Virus record (IMG/VR): IMGVR_UViG_3300033145_000849
Span: 1-64,000 of that record
Length of the DNA stretch: 64,000 nucleotides
Reading direction: 5' to 3' (one strand)
Origin: a virus
Part shown: piece after piece, positions 46,296-56,714 of the stretch
Layout of the letters: each line of letters starts with the position of its first letter
Position numbering within the stretch: the stretch's first letter is position 1
Translations under genes and position numbers: made by a program
The notes under the pieces: generated by a model
Database searches by the model: none
Seen by the model: only the letters and a program-made list of their open reading frames with translations
Told to the model about the DNA's origin: nothing

Positions 46296-48905
46296 TTATT
46301 CGTTATATGGATCTATTGTCTTGTATGCTACTTCTAGAGTAATATGTGGATACACATAAACAACAGCTGCACCAGAAGCTTTCCAAATACTGAGTTGAAG
46401 AGCGTTGTTACTACGATAAAAATTGTTTATTTCTGCAACACTGTCCAGTGCAGTAGTCTCAGTTTCTCTACCAGTGGTTGAACTTAGAATTCCATCTCCA
46501 AGGGTATATGCTGTTCCACCAATAGTAATTTTATCAAGTTGCCAACCAACAGTTGATGTAGCTGCAATATCAATATCAAATGTTATATTCGCAGGATTAC
46601 CACCCGAATCTATAAGATCACAAGAATCAGGAAGATCATTGATAATGCCATATAAAATCTCGCCTGCAGAGAAAGTTCCTTGATGTTCCCATCGGAATTG
46701 ACCTGGAGTAGCAGTAGTATCATAATCCCACTGATGCAAAGCAGGACCTGGATATGGATACCATGTAGGAGCTACCATAATTGTTTTATATACATAGTTT
46801 GTTCGAACTATATCAGTAGTATCTATTATAAGACTATCTCCTGCAGTAATAGTTACATCATCATCAGCTGTTATGTTTACATCACCAGTAGATGATTCTA
46901 CAGTTGCTGTTGTAACGGCTTCAAGTCTAGCATAAGCTGCTGATGTAATTTCTACATAGCTAGCACTAGAATCAATAGTAGTTTCCTCTCTTGATTGAAG
47001 ACGAATAGTTTCTGATTCAAAACTTGCCTCACCATTATCAGCTGTTATCGTAACATTACCTTTGTCAGAGTCTATAATTACATCGCCATCATCAGAAGCT
47101 ATATTAACGTTATGGCCCACCCCAAGAGTATCACCATCAGCTGCTATACCACATTCTCCATTACCAGCTACAAGATACGCTGGGCCATTTGTCGAAACAG
47201 CATAAAGAAGACTTTTTCCCTGTAGAGTGAGGTCTCCTTCATTAGGCCGTATAGTCACAGCATTAGAACGCATGTCGAGATCTAGATAGTGAAGATGTTC
47301 TCTAGAATACAATCTGATTCCATGAGAATCTGCTCCTCCTGTAGCTGGAATATCAAACCTCATAAATATCTCACTGGCGCCGTCTGTATCTAAATATTGT
47401 GAAATACCATTAGATGCATCTGGCAAGCCAAAAGAAATTTTATTGCTATTTGCTAACAAATTACGATAGTTAGTCCCTGAGTTAGTACTAGACATCAAGA
47501 ACTCGCCTAACAGAGAGTTGTAATAATCGTCTCGGTATGTACCAGGAGCATTGCCACAGCCTAGTCTATGAAGATACTGAGGATGATCATCGGCATCCCA
47601 AGTAGAAGGCTCAATAGCTGGATGAGCTGCACTGTTAGTATCTGGGGTAAACAGATTAATTGTCTTACCATGACTAACCATAGAAGTTGGAATAGAACTA
47701 CTACTAGCATGATCATGGTCCATCATTTTCTTTACAAGTTCAGAAACAGTAGTAGATAGATCTGAACCTACAGTAATAAGTCGTAATCCTGCATTTGGAT
47801 AGTGATCTGCGGTATGAGTATGAGTGGCAGGATCGGGTGTATTCTTTAACTGAGTATCTTCATATACAGTGTTGTATGAACTACCTAACCACGAGGTTAG
47901 ATTATCTCCGCTAGCTATCATGACATATGGTCTAGGAGATACTGCGTTCTCTGCAGCAAAAACTACTCCTTCAATAATGGTTCCAGTATTGTTAGGGTCC
48001 CAAAGATAAACAAGACCTCTAGGAATGGTAGAACTGGCTGTCCAGTCATCTGTTCCGTTCCCAGATGTATCTGTGATTAACTTAGGAAGCCTGTATCTAT
48101 AGTGCTCTCCATAGTCGGCAGCAATTGGAGCTATCTCACCATCGTCCATAAAGAACTTGCGGTCAGCAGTCGGAGTAGTGCTAAGATTCTCTGCATCTGT
48201 CTGTGGAGATCTATTTAGTCTTCTACTAGAAGAAAGAGGCATGCGAGGAGGTAGAAAGATATAGTACCCCTGAGCATCTGTTAATCCGTCTACATAACAG
48301 ATTTTAAGACCTTTGAAATCGTAGCCCGCATCGGTATCGATGTCGGGAATAACATTAGACGTTACTGTAGTATTAATGTCTCCTTCAACAATAGGTTTAT
48401 ATTCTAATCGCCAATCATTTACAATCTGGTCGTAGAAAACACAATGGCCAGTATTCTCGTCGATATACCATTCGCCAGTAGCATTTACGTCGCTAAGACT
48501 AGTCTCTGGAGTAGGGTCAGGAGTACCAGTACCAGCAGCCCAGTTGTAAGCTGGAGTCACATCGTGAGGAGGAAAAGTTAGAGTAGCTTCATAGTTATTA
48601 GCATCGGCAGTGAAGTTATAGGTGTATTCTGTAATGTTTGGTAGATAAGGAATCCTAGGACTGATGTTTCTAGGAGCACCAATATATCTAGATAGGTTGG
48701 GAATCATGAGTGAGTTGTTAATGATAGAAACTGCATTGAGAAGAGAGTCGCCGCTTTGGTTCCACATGTCACCAAGGGCATACTCCATCAAACTCTGGCC
48801 ATACTTTGCCTGTGCAGCTAGACCATTCATCTTAGAAGAAGAAGGAATCTCTCCATCTGTAAATTCTACTGCTATGGGAAACGTTGTTCTATACTTATCT
48901 GCCAA
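46296..48905 (-). CDS. tail spike/fibre-like protein with beta-helix repeats
   Basis: TTG start with AGGAGG. DDHPQYL motif. 8-9 residue repeats such as VNIASDDGD/VIIDSDKGN/VTITADNGE, resembling gp5-type triple beta-helices. Confidence 0.65.
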   Translation of the reverse strand: MADKYRTTFPIAVEFTDGEIPSSSKMNGLAAQAKYGQSLMEYALGDMWNQSGDSLLNAVSIINNSLMIPNLSRYIGAPRNISPRIPYLPNITEYTYNFTADANNYEATLTFPPHDVTPAYNWAAGTGTPDPTPETSLSDVNATGEWYIDENTGHCVFYDQIVNDWRLEYKPIVEGDINTTVTSNVIPDIDTDAGYDFKGLKICYVDGLTDAQGYYIFLPPRMPLSSSRRLNRSPQTDAENLSTTPTADRKFFMDDGEIAPIAADYGEHYRYRLPKLITDTSGNGTDDWTASSTIPRGLVYLWDPNNTGTIIEGVVFAAENAVSPRPYVMIASGDNLTSWLGSSYNTVYEDTQLKNTPDPATHTHTADHYPNAGLRLITVGSDLSTTVSELVKKMMDHDHASSSSIPTSMVSHGKTINLFTPDTNSAAHPAIEPSTWDADDHPQYLHRLGCGNAPGTYRDDYYNSLLGEFLMSSTNSGTNYRNLLANSNKISFGLPDASNGISQYLDTDGASEIFMRFDIPATGGADSHGIRLYSREHLHYLDLDMRSNAVTIRPNEGDLTLQGKSLLYAVSTNGPAYLVAGNGECGIAADGDTLGVGHNVNIASDDGDVIIDSDKGNVTITADNGEASFESETIRLQSREETTIDSSASYVEITSAAYARLEAVTTATVESSTGDVNITADDDVTITAGDSLIIDTTDIVRTNYVYKTIMVAPTWYPYPGPALHQWDYDTTATPGQFRWEHQGTFSAGEILYGIINDLPDSCDLIDSGGNPANITFDIDIAATSTVGWQLDKITIGGTAYTLGDGILSSTTGRETETTALDSVAEINNFYRSNNALQLSIWKASGAAVVYVYPHITLEVAYKTIDPYNE

Positions 48906-48916
48906 AATTGTTCCTC

Positions 48917-51382
48917 CTATGGAATTCCTGAAGTTGTCACATCATCTACTATGTCATCCCAGTAGGTTACCTCAGATGCTATAGGATTGATATCTAAGAA
49001 AGTAACACCATCTAAAGCAGCTGCAAGAGCCAGGTTGTCACTTCTAAGTCTCCAACCTAATGGGACTTTTTGATCATTTGCTATGATACCACTCAAGGTG
49101 GCAGAAACCTCATCTATATGAACTTGGTTAATTTGGTCTAACACCCAGAGTCCACTTAAATAATTGGGGATAGATAACTTAACATCTATCGTGTTACTTA
49201 GGATATCCTGATTTCGTCTTTCATTATATACCGACGCCTGTAATGTCACTGTAGTAGGAGACACTAGGAAATATGAATGCAGAATACCACTAGGAACAGG
49301 TCCAAGAGTACCACTGGGAACAGGAATTTCATAAGTGGAAGTATCGAATATTACATCATATTCTCCTCCACCAGCAGCAATAACATCAATAGGTTGCATC
49401 GGAATATAGCAACCACTAGCAAAAGTATGAGGATTTAGCGCTTGGCCATCGTAAGCAGATACAATAACTTTACGACCCATACCCATGTCTGTCTGGAATA
49501 TACTGGGTAACGGAAGGTTACGTACCTCTCTATGATTGTATTCCCAGTCCTTTGCTCCGGTAGTTATTGCTCCACTGCCACCTATGTCCATACCTGTGGA
49601 ACCATAAATACTCTCATTAGTAAAAAACTGTCTATAGTATTCTGTAGTCTGAACAGTAGACGAATCTTGGTCCAGAGTGGTTTCCATAAAGCCTTGTAGT
49701 GCGTCATCTACCTGTACTTGATACAAGAAGATGTCGTCTACGTCGCCTTCTACAAGAATGTTTTCAGTGTGAAAAGTAGTAGTCTGAGTAACACCTGTAT
49801 AAATAGGGGTATTGTCTATTGAGTGTCCAGCAGCAGTAATATTCTCGCCAATTTCATTGACCCCACGAGGAGGATGATAATAAGACCTGGCTTCTCCAAA
49901 TTCATCTGTTACGGAACTAGATGTAGAAGCTAATGTGCCAAAAGATCCAGGAGCTGGAACACTGGTGATGTAGAAAGTAACTTCCTGGTCTTCAAGAACA
50001 TCGCCTCTTCTGTCTTTAACCGTAGCAATAATAGGAGCATAGGCGTTTCCGATTGCTAGTGGGCCATATACATCTGTTTGAATCTCTGGTAGTTGAGCAG
50101 TTAGTTCAATAGTTGATGGGTCTTCTAGTTCTGTAGACAAGTAAACAAACCCTTGACCACTTCTACGATAGATAGGATTAATGTTTGCCTCTGTAGCTAT
50201 TATAGTATTGGAAGAAGCTTGAGGTTCATATTCAATCCTGAATGTTTTCCAGTAGTTAGCTAAAATATAGTTACCTGCAGCAGGTGTATTCTGATCAGAG
50301 AGGTCGGGGTCGCCGAACTCTAATATGCCCAAATCGTAATCTACTTTAACTTGATCTACAGCAAGACCAGAAGAAAAAGGAATTGATTCCCATGAAGAAA
50401 TTCCACTATAAGAAACTGAATCAGGGATAGTAGTAGAAGAGTATATGAGCACACCTTGTGAATTATCTACTGGAGAATATTTTAAATGGAATTGTTGACC
50501 AGCAGAACCATCAGAAATACCTAGTTGTTCTAGAGCAGGAGAACCAACTTCGCTTCCAGCTTGCTGATTAAAAAGAGCAACTACAGGGCCGCCATCAGAC
50601 ACTCCACTGTAAATAACCTGAAATTCCTTCTCGTCTTGATCAATCAAAGACCAGTAAGTAACACCAGTAACAGTATTGTAAGTATCCTGTCTAACCAAGT
50701 CGTCATCTCTTTGACCTGTAAACAAAATCTTTTTCCTATATCTATCAAAGAGATCATACTTTCCTAAATTAGGATTCCATTCGTATTGTTCTGCTCTTAC
50801 AGGAACTCCTACTTGAGGAATAGAGTCTAAATCTACCTGATTGAACCCAGAAATCGTAAGATTATAATTCTCAGAAGCTGTTGTTATTCCACTATAAGTT
50901 GGATAAGCTACTTCAGAATCATCACTATAGAGATATCCTTCATCTTCAAAATCATAGTAATATCCATGCTGAATTTCAGGAGCCCAAATGTTATATAAGC
51001 TTCGGGTTTGAAGACCAGAGGAAGGAACTAGCTCAACGTCTATAAGCTCAAGATCCCTATTGCTACCAATGCCAGACTGGAAGTAAGATGTAGTAATGCC
51101 CGAGGTGGTAGGATCCCAATTAGCAGGAACAAATGCTGCCCAATTGTCGGTTGTTTCCCCGAACCAGACGCGCTCATCCCATTTCCAACCAGTATCATCC
51201 TCGAACCAGAGGTCTTCAGACCTAGCCGATATTACAGGTGTATTATATGTAAGAACTCCAGATCCGATCACGGGGCCCACCTCAAATTGATGACATATCG
51301 AGCTTAACCCAGATGTACTAGTTTGTACATCATATTGCCATCCCCAGGGACGAATTCCATATGGTTGAGTACCCCAAGCCAT
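48917..51382 (-). CDS. virion structural protein with Ig-like (invasin/Big1-type) segment; S-G-hydrophobic rich
   Basis: IIATVKDRRGDVLEDQEVTF...TDEFGEA, and VDYDLGILEFGD. 18 SG dipeptides by hand count. Confidence 0.7.
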   Translation of the reverse strand: MAWGTQPYGIRPWGWQYDVQTSTSGLSSICHQFEVGPVIGSGVLTYNTPVISARSEDLWFEDDTGWKWDERVWFGETTDNWAAFVPANWDPTTSGITTSYFQSGIGSNRDLELIDVELVPSSGLQTRSLYNIWAPEIQHGYYYDFEDEGYLYSDDSEVAYPTYSGITTASENYNLTISGFNQVDLDSIPQVGVPVRAEQYEWNPNLGKYDLFDRYRKKILFTGQRDDDLVRQDTYNTVTGVTYWSLIDQDEKEFQVIYSGVSDGGPVVALFNQQAGSEVGSPALEQLGISDGSAGQQFHLKYSPVDNSQGVLIYSSTTIPDSVSYSGISSWESIPFSSGLAVDQVKVDYDLGILEFGDPDLSDQNTPAAGNYILANYWKTFRIEYEPQASSNTIIATEANINPIYRRSGQGFVYLSTELEDPSTIELTAQLPEIQTDVYGPLAIGNAYAPIIATVKDRRGDVLEDQEVTFYITSVPAPGSFGTLASTSSSVTDEFGEARSYYHPPRGVNEIGENITAAGHSIDNTPIYTGVTQTTTFHTENILVEGDVDDIFLYQVQVDDALQGFMETTLDQDSSTVQTTEYYRQFFTNESIYGSTGMDIGGSGAITTGAKDWEYNHREVRNLPLPSIFQTDMGMGRKVIVSAYDGQALNPHTFASGCYIPMQPIDVIAAGGGEYDVIFDTSTYEIPVPSGTLGPVPSGILHSYFLVSPTTVTLQASVYNERRNQDILSNTIDVKLSIPNYLSGLWVLDQINQVHIDEVSATLSGIIANDQKVPLGWRLRSDNLALAAALDGVTFLDINPIASEVTYWDDIVDDVTTSGIP

Positions 51383-51387
51383 TTAAA

Positions 51388-52323
51388 TTAAGTCCCCCTT
51401 ACTCTATTGTATGATTCTAATACCTGAGCAGCAGTAAAATATTCTGGTGTAAGTCTATAACTAAACATAGCCCCTTGAAAAGGAGGAAGAGGAGTATTGG
51501 CGACGGCACGATATTCATTCCCAATAGCAAATTTAGAAAGAGTGCTAGTTCCATGGGTAGGAACAATACTTCCACCTGTAGGAATACAATGTTGAGCAAG
51601 TTGGCCATTAAGATACCAGTCTACCTCTCCATTGTCTGCTCTAACAAAGGTAAGCATATATACACGATGTTCAGGCAGAATAATATTAGACAAAGAAGAA
51701 ATATTGCTACCATTGCCATACTCAGCAAAATAATAAAATCGATTTGAACTTGCATAGAGTGACCATAGATAATTATAGTCACGGGTGAGATCGCTGTTTC
51801 CACGAGTATAGGCAGTAAACCTTCTGGTAGTCTGGTCTACTGCATACAAAACTATTTCGATTGTAAGACCTGTATAGATCCAGAAATGGGCATCCCAATC
51901 ATGCATGAGATACATGGTTCCATCAAAACAAAAACCAGTCACACCATCAATAATAATATGTTGTGTCTCTCCAGTGGTACTGTACAGATCCAAACCATTA
52001 GTTCCCCTATCCTTAATAGAATTGGCTGTACCATCAAATTGATACAAAGCTGTAGGAGCTCCTATTCCTGCTGGCATGGTAGTATCTAAATAGTTCCAGC
52101 CGCCTCTTCCAACCAACGATTGACCTCTTAAGCTTCCTGTTTCAAGATTATCGCTACCAACAAGAGTTTCTAGTTGAATAACAGCGTCTCTTGTAGCATT
52201 AAGTTGAGTAGCACGCATACTATCCCCGGCTGGATTACTTATATCATCATAGTTATCCAGCTCAGCCATCTGAGTCGTGGTGTCTAAATCTGTTGGATAT
52301 TGTGTAACCCATTCTATTGCCAC
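51388..52323 (-). CDS. LamG/concanavalin-like lectin-domain protein (receptor-binding candidate, copy 3)
   Basis: ALYQFDG, GFCFDG, LTIEI, WYLNG, FQGAM. GTG start overlaps the upstream TAG. Confidence 0.78.
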   Translation of the reverse strand: MAIEWVTQYPTDLDTTTQMAELDNYDDISNPAGDSMRATQLNATRDAVIQLETLVGSDNLETGSLRGQSLVGRGGWNYLDTTMPAGIGAPTALYQFDGTANSIKDRGTNGLDLYSTTGETQHIIIDGVTGFCFDGTMYLMHDWDAHFWIYTGLTIEIVLYAVDQTTRRFTAYTRGNSDLTRDYNYLWSLYASSNRFYYFAEYGNGSNISSLSNIILPEHRVYMLTFVRADNGEVDWYLNGQLAQHCIPTGGSIVPTHGTSTLSKFAIGNEYRAVANTPLPPFQGAMFSYRLTPEYFTAAQVLESYNRVRGT

Positions 52324-53231
52324 TAGTAAAGTCCCCTTACTCTTCTATAAGATTCTAACACTTGTGCAGGAGTAAACTCTTCCATAGTAATACGTATACT
52401 AAAAATAAGTCCTTGATGAAGAGCACCTACTGCACTAGCTGGACCACCAACTCTTAAGAAAGAACTAGTTCCTCCAGTGGGAGCAATCGATGTTATGTTA
52501 AAAACAGCACTTCCATCCGTATATAGATTAACATCTGTACCAGCGGCATCTCTGGTAAACGTAAGCATTCTATTTATACCAGGAGGGATAACAGTATCAA
52601 AAGCAACTATGTTATCTGTGCCAGCTGCACCATATTCATGAACCCAAGAAGGAACACAAGCTGTTGATATTTTGATTCCTCCCAAAAAATTTGTTGCTAA
52701 AGCCTCTCCAGCTCCTGCAATAGACATCATGTACCTGGCTTGAGTTGGTGGTACAGATAATAAATTTTGTACAATTTCCCAAGTCATTGCCCCAGTTGTT
52801 TGAAGACCAGCGGAAACAGCAGCGTCCATATAGGTTCCAATATCAAACTGGTGACCTAATTTGCCATGGACAGACTGATAGATTGCATTTCCTGTCCTAC
52901 TTAAAGTATGACTATTACCAGACCGATCGTTAAGAGAATCGGCAGTGCCATCAAACTGATATAAGGCTTCTGGGGCTCCTGCCGCTGTTGGCATATTTAG
53001 GTCTAAATAATCCCATGTTTCATTTAAGGCTTGAGCACGAAGAGAACCGACCTCAAGATTATCACTACCAACAATAGTCTCCAATTGAATGACAGCATCC
53101 CTAAGAGCATGCATTTGGGTTACATCAGTATCATCTCCATCACCTGCACCTTCAGCACTCTCATTGCTCAGAGTTTTCATCTGAGTAACAGTGGTATCTA
53201 GGTCAGTTGGATATTGTGTGGTCCATTCCAT
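52323..53231 (-). CDS. LamG/concanavalin-like lectin-domain protein (copy 2)
   Basis: ALYQFDG, DRSGNSHTL, MTWEI, LTFTRD, LYTDG. Confidence 0.78.
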   Translation of the reverse strand: MEWTTQYPTDLDTTVTQMKTLSNESAEGAGDGDDTDVTQMHALRDAVIQLETIVGSDNLEVGSLRAQALNETWDYLDLNMPTAAGAPEALYQFDGTADSLNDRSGNSHTLSRTGNAIYQSVHGKLGHQFDIGTYMDAAVSAGLQTTGAMTWEIVQNLLSVPPTQARYMMSIAGAGEALATNFLGGIKISTACVPSWVHEYGAAGTDNIVAFDTVIPPGINRMLTFTRDAAGTDVNLYTDGSAVFNITSIAPTGGTSSFLRVGGPASAVGALHQGLIFSIRITMEEFTPAQVLESYRRVRGLY

Positions 53232-53243
53232 CTATAATTCTCC

Positions 53244-55787
53244 TTAAATTCCCCAATACATTGGAACTACTGACAATAGTTCATTGATTATATCAAGTCC
53301 TAACTCTGTCGTAATCCCATGAGCATAAGTACCGTCACCTTGTAGAACTTGTTCAAACATCTTGGCTTTAAAGTTTTCATTATTGATATCGTGTAAGATT
53401 ACTGGACTAGTCCAGGCCTTAAAGGGATACATGGTATATTCATATCTAACTACATCTCCAGAAGTAGGCATGCTATATACCGTAACTATACCTTTTGGAT
53501 GGTTAATATAATAATCTCCCCTGGCAATTACTGCAAGTTCAGAAGAAACTTCTGTTCGAAAAACATCTCTGTTTCCAAAGTAGACAGTTCCAGAAACTAC
53601 ATATGGATTCTTCAGTCTAAACTTGGTGCTAATAGGTATTCGTTCAAACCTTACCTTTCCTCTATTTGACTGGTTAAGAATAGCCATAGAACGGGTATTG
53701 TTATAATCTGTAGAGACAAGACTTGCCTCAAAATATGTCGTGTTATTTATGAAGTCTACAAGAGTACCTAATTGTTCATAATTGCCACCCGCTATATATC
53801 TATCTATCTGATAGTCTAGAACATTGTTCTGATAATCTGAATAGAGATACAGGTATATTTGATCAAACTTAATGTATGGATCTGGTGCAAAAAAAGCTTC
53901 TGTTACCAAAGATCTTTTTGGGTCAATCTGAATACCTTCAAATAATGAAAGACCTAGTTCTCTGGTAATCCCATTAACTAATCCTACGTAACTAGAGTTA
54001 GCTCTATTAACAAAGACGTCCTGAATTCTACGTTTATATTCCCAGTTCTTTTCTTCCTTAAGTCTAGGGAGGCTTACCATGTTTCCATGTTCATCAAACT
54101 GGTTCCACTCAGATACAGGAGTTAGGGCACCGATTGTCTGAATGTGTGGAATATTAAACTGATGTCTTACAAACGGGTCTGTCTCTACTTGAAAAGACCA
54201 TGAGTCGGCGATCGTGTTGCCAAAATCATCTTCGGCAACAACGCTCCAAGCTATTACCTTGCCTTTAGTAAGGTCTACTGGGGAAGTTAATACGTAACTA
54301 TTGCCATTAGAAATAGCGGATTTTGTACCGGACCAACCACTAGATGCAGCATCACTAGTCCAAACAATATCTCCATCTACTGTGATAGTAACAGTATTAT
54401 CATCTAGATCGTTATCTACATCTGTAACTATCAATACTAAAGATAAGTTTGCAGGTATTTCTACGGCACCATCACCAGGAGTAGGACTTGTAACTGGTGC
54501 TGTAGAAGTTACTTCATATAGTCTAACTGTACCTCCAGACGTGGAAGCAGGATCACCTTCTGGAGGATTAGCAGACTCAGCGAATCCACCTATCGCCATG
54601 TTACCAGCAGATGTAACTGCCAAACTAGAACCAAACTCTGCATCTGCTTCAGGATAAATTGGATAGTTTCCAGAACCATCTACAGGAATGCTTTCGAATA
54701 AATCTGTAGAAGATATATATCTCCAAAGAAATGCTGCTCCAGGGTTTCCTCCTGGATCTACTGCTCCTGCCCAAGCATGTGCTCCACCAACAAGAAATGT
54801 ACCGTTTAAATTAACAGAAGGTAAAACATCCAATCCCCATCCCAGTTCTGCATTGATGTCTTTACTCTCTAATGGGGCATCAAGAGACTGATGATATGTC
54901 CATGAGACACCATCTCTTTTAAAAATTTCAATCCGCCCGGAGTTGATTTTGCCACCAGCGAGTTCATATCGAGGCCAGCCTATAGCACAAAAGTCTCCAG
55001 ATATAGAAACTGAATCTGCAAAATACGTATAGCTTACATTTATCTCTGAAGGCGTTAACGTAGCACGTAATGTAAGAAAATTACCTAATCCTCCATCTTC
55101 AAAAACATAAGCACGACCCTGGTCGTTATGGTCACCAAAGAAATAGCTAGCACTGACTAGAATATAGTTTCCATCTACAGAAATAGCCCAACCAAAATAT
55201 TGATTAGATTGGACAGTTACAGAATGTTGTAATGCGGAAGTATCTTCAGACCATGTTCCTGCACTTAATCGAAAAATATGAACAGTTCCAGAATTGGAAC
55301 CATTATTATCAGCACGATAATCACCAACGACACACAGGCTGCCACTAACATCAAGAGCATATCCAAATCGACCATTAACATCAGGTGGACCTACACCTGT
55401 TAATCTTTGTCTGTAGGTGAAAGATGCTCCTGTCCATTCATAGAAATAAACAGTGCCCAACACTGCATCTGTTTGACCACAACCAATAACAAGCCAGTCG
55501 CCATCTTGAGCAATACACTTTCCAAAGATAGCTCCATCTTCTTGATCTATAGCGTTCTCTGGTGAAATTTCTTGAACTAAAACACCTGTACTCCAGTCTA
55601 AAACAGTAACGCTACCACACTCTTTAGCTCCTGCACCAAAGTCATGAGACTTTGTAGTGTCTGAAACAATTACATTGTCGTTAGTTTCATCAATAGCAAT
55701 ACAACTACCAAAAGAAGTATTCCCGTGATCGGCACCGAGGAGCAGACCGGGTGGAGTAATTAAAGTTTTAACTCGTGTAATTGTCAT
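53244..55787 (-). CDS. FG-GAP 7-bladed beta-propeller + Ig-like domain + baseplate anchor domain
   Basis: Seven FG.../G.V..F repeats. The C-terminal ~290 aa are paralogous to 56715-57653 (WNQFDEHG...INELLSV.PMYWG). Confidence 0.82.
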   Translation of the reverse strand: MTITRVKTLITPPGLLLGADHGNTSFGSCIAIDETNDNVIVSDTTKSHDFGAGAKECGSVTVLDWSTGVLVQEISPENAIDQEDGAIFGKCIAQDGDWLVIGCGQTDAVLGTVYFYEWTGASFTYRQRLTGVGPPDVNGRFGYALDVSGSLCVVGDYRADNNGSNSGTVHIFRLSAGTWSEDTSALQHSVTVQSNQYFGWAISVDGNYILVSASYFFGDHNDQGRAYVFEDGGLGNFLTLRATLTPSEINVSYTYFADSVSISGDFCAIGWPRYELAGGKINSGRIEIFKRDGVSWTYHQSLDAPLESKDINAELGWGLDVLPSVNLNGTFLVGGAHAWAGAVDPGGNPGAAFLWRYISSTDLFESIPVDGSGNYPIYPEADAEFGSSLAVTSAGNMAIGGFAESANPPEGDPASTSGGTVRLYEVTSTAPVTSPTPGDGAVEIPANLSLVLIVTDVDNDLDDNTVTITVDGDIVWTSDAASSGWSGTKSAISNGNSYVLTSPVDLTKGKVIAWSVVAEDDFGNTIADSWSFQVETDPFVRHQFNIPHIQTIGALTPVSEWNQFDEHGNMVSLPRLKEEKNWEYKRRIQDVFVNRANSSYVGLVNGITRELGLSLFEGIQIDPKRSLVTEAFFAPDPYIKFDQIYLYLYSDYQNNVLDYQIDRYIAGGNYEQLGTLVDFINNTTYFEASLVSTDYNNTRSMAILNQSNRGKVRFERIPISTKFRLKNPYVVSGTVYFGNRDVFRTEVSSELAVIARGDYYINHPKGIVTVYSMPTSGDVVRYEYTMYPFKAWTSPVILHDINNENFKAKMFEQVLQGDGTYAHGITTELGLDIINELLSVVPMYWGI

Positions 55788-55790
55788 TCC

Positions 55791-56702
55791 TTATTCAATT
55801 ACTCCTCTTACTCTTTGATACGATTCTAGAATTTGTGCGTCAGTGAACTGAGCCTTAGTAGCCTTTGTAGAGAAATATGTAGCTTGAGGAGGGTTAGCTT
55901 CTAGTGGAAGCTTGAAAACTCCTGCAGCACCTCCTGTTGGGGCAGCTAGAACACCGCTCGTAGATAATAACTTACCATTCAAATAACCTTTCACAATTGT
56001 GCCAGCAACATTTCTTGTGAGAGCTACGTATAGTGGGCTTCCTGCATATAGTATCAAATTAAACGAAAAAGAGATGTTGGTTCCACCTCCATGTTCCGCG
56101 AAATACTTTAGCTGTCCAGTGTTGGCAGCGTATATGACTTGGTAGTTAGCATTACCACCACCTTCATCGTATCTTACGAGTACATCGTCACCACCTGTGT
56201 AATCGTTAATAGAGATGACAAACTCTAGAGTAAGACCTGCTACTGAACTCAGACTAGCTGGAAGAGCTGCTCTCATCTCTTGACCACCACTACACGCAAA
56301 ACCAGCTAACGATCCACGGTACGTTAATGAGTCAGCTCCTGCGTTAAAAGTTAGATCATGACCGTTGACTGTACGATCTAGTAGTCTGTTAGCTGTATCA
56401 TCAAATTGATACAAAGCTTCAGGTGTAGTTAACATTCCAGTAGGTTGTGTTGTTGTAAGATAGTTCCATACGGGGTCGAGAGAACACTCAGCGGCTGGAG
56501 GAATATCGGGGATTTCATGAGCTAATGCTCTAAGAGAACCTTCTTCTAGACTGTCAGAACCTACCAGTGTCTCTAATGATATTACAGCATCTCTAAGCTC
56601 CTCGATTGGTCTCAGATGCTCGGCGCTTTCATTTGCTACGGTCTTCATAGAAATATCAGTGGTATCTATATTGGTTGGATATTGAGTTGTCCATTCTGGC
56701 AT
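55791..56702 (-). CDS. LamG/concanavalin-like lectin-domain protein (copy 1)
   Basis: ALYQFDD, DRTVNGHDL, LTLEF, VALTRN, GYLNG. Confidence 0.78.
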   Translation of the reverse strand: MPEWTTQYPTNIDTTDISMKTVANESAEHLRPIEELRDAVISLETLVGSDSLEEGSLRALAHEIPDIPPAAECSLDPVWNYLTTTQPTGMLTTPEALYQFDDTANRLLDRTVNGHDLTFNAGADSLTYRGSLAGFACSGGQEMRAALPASLSSVAGLTLEFVISINDYTGGDDVLVRYDEGGGNANYQVIYAANTGQLKYFAEHGGGTNISFSFNLILYAGSPLYVALTRNVAGTIVKGYLNGKLLSTSGVLAAPTGGAAGVFKLPLEANPPQATYFSTKATKAQFTDAQILESYQRVRGVIE

Positions 56703-56714
56703 TACTAACTCTCC

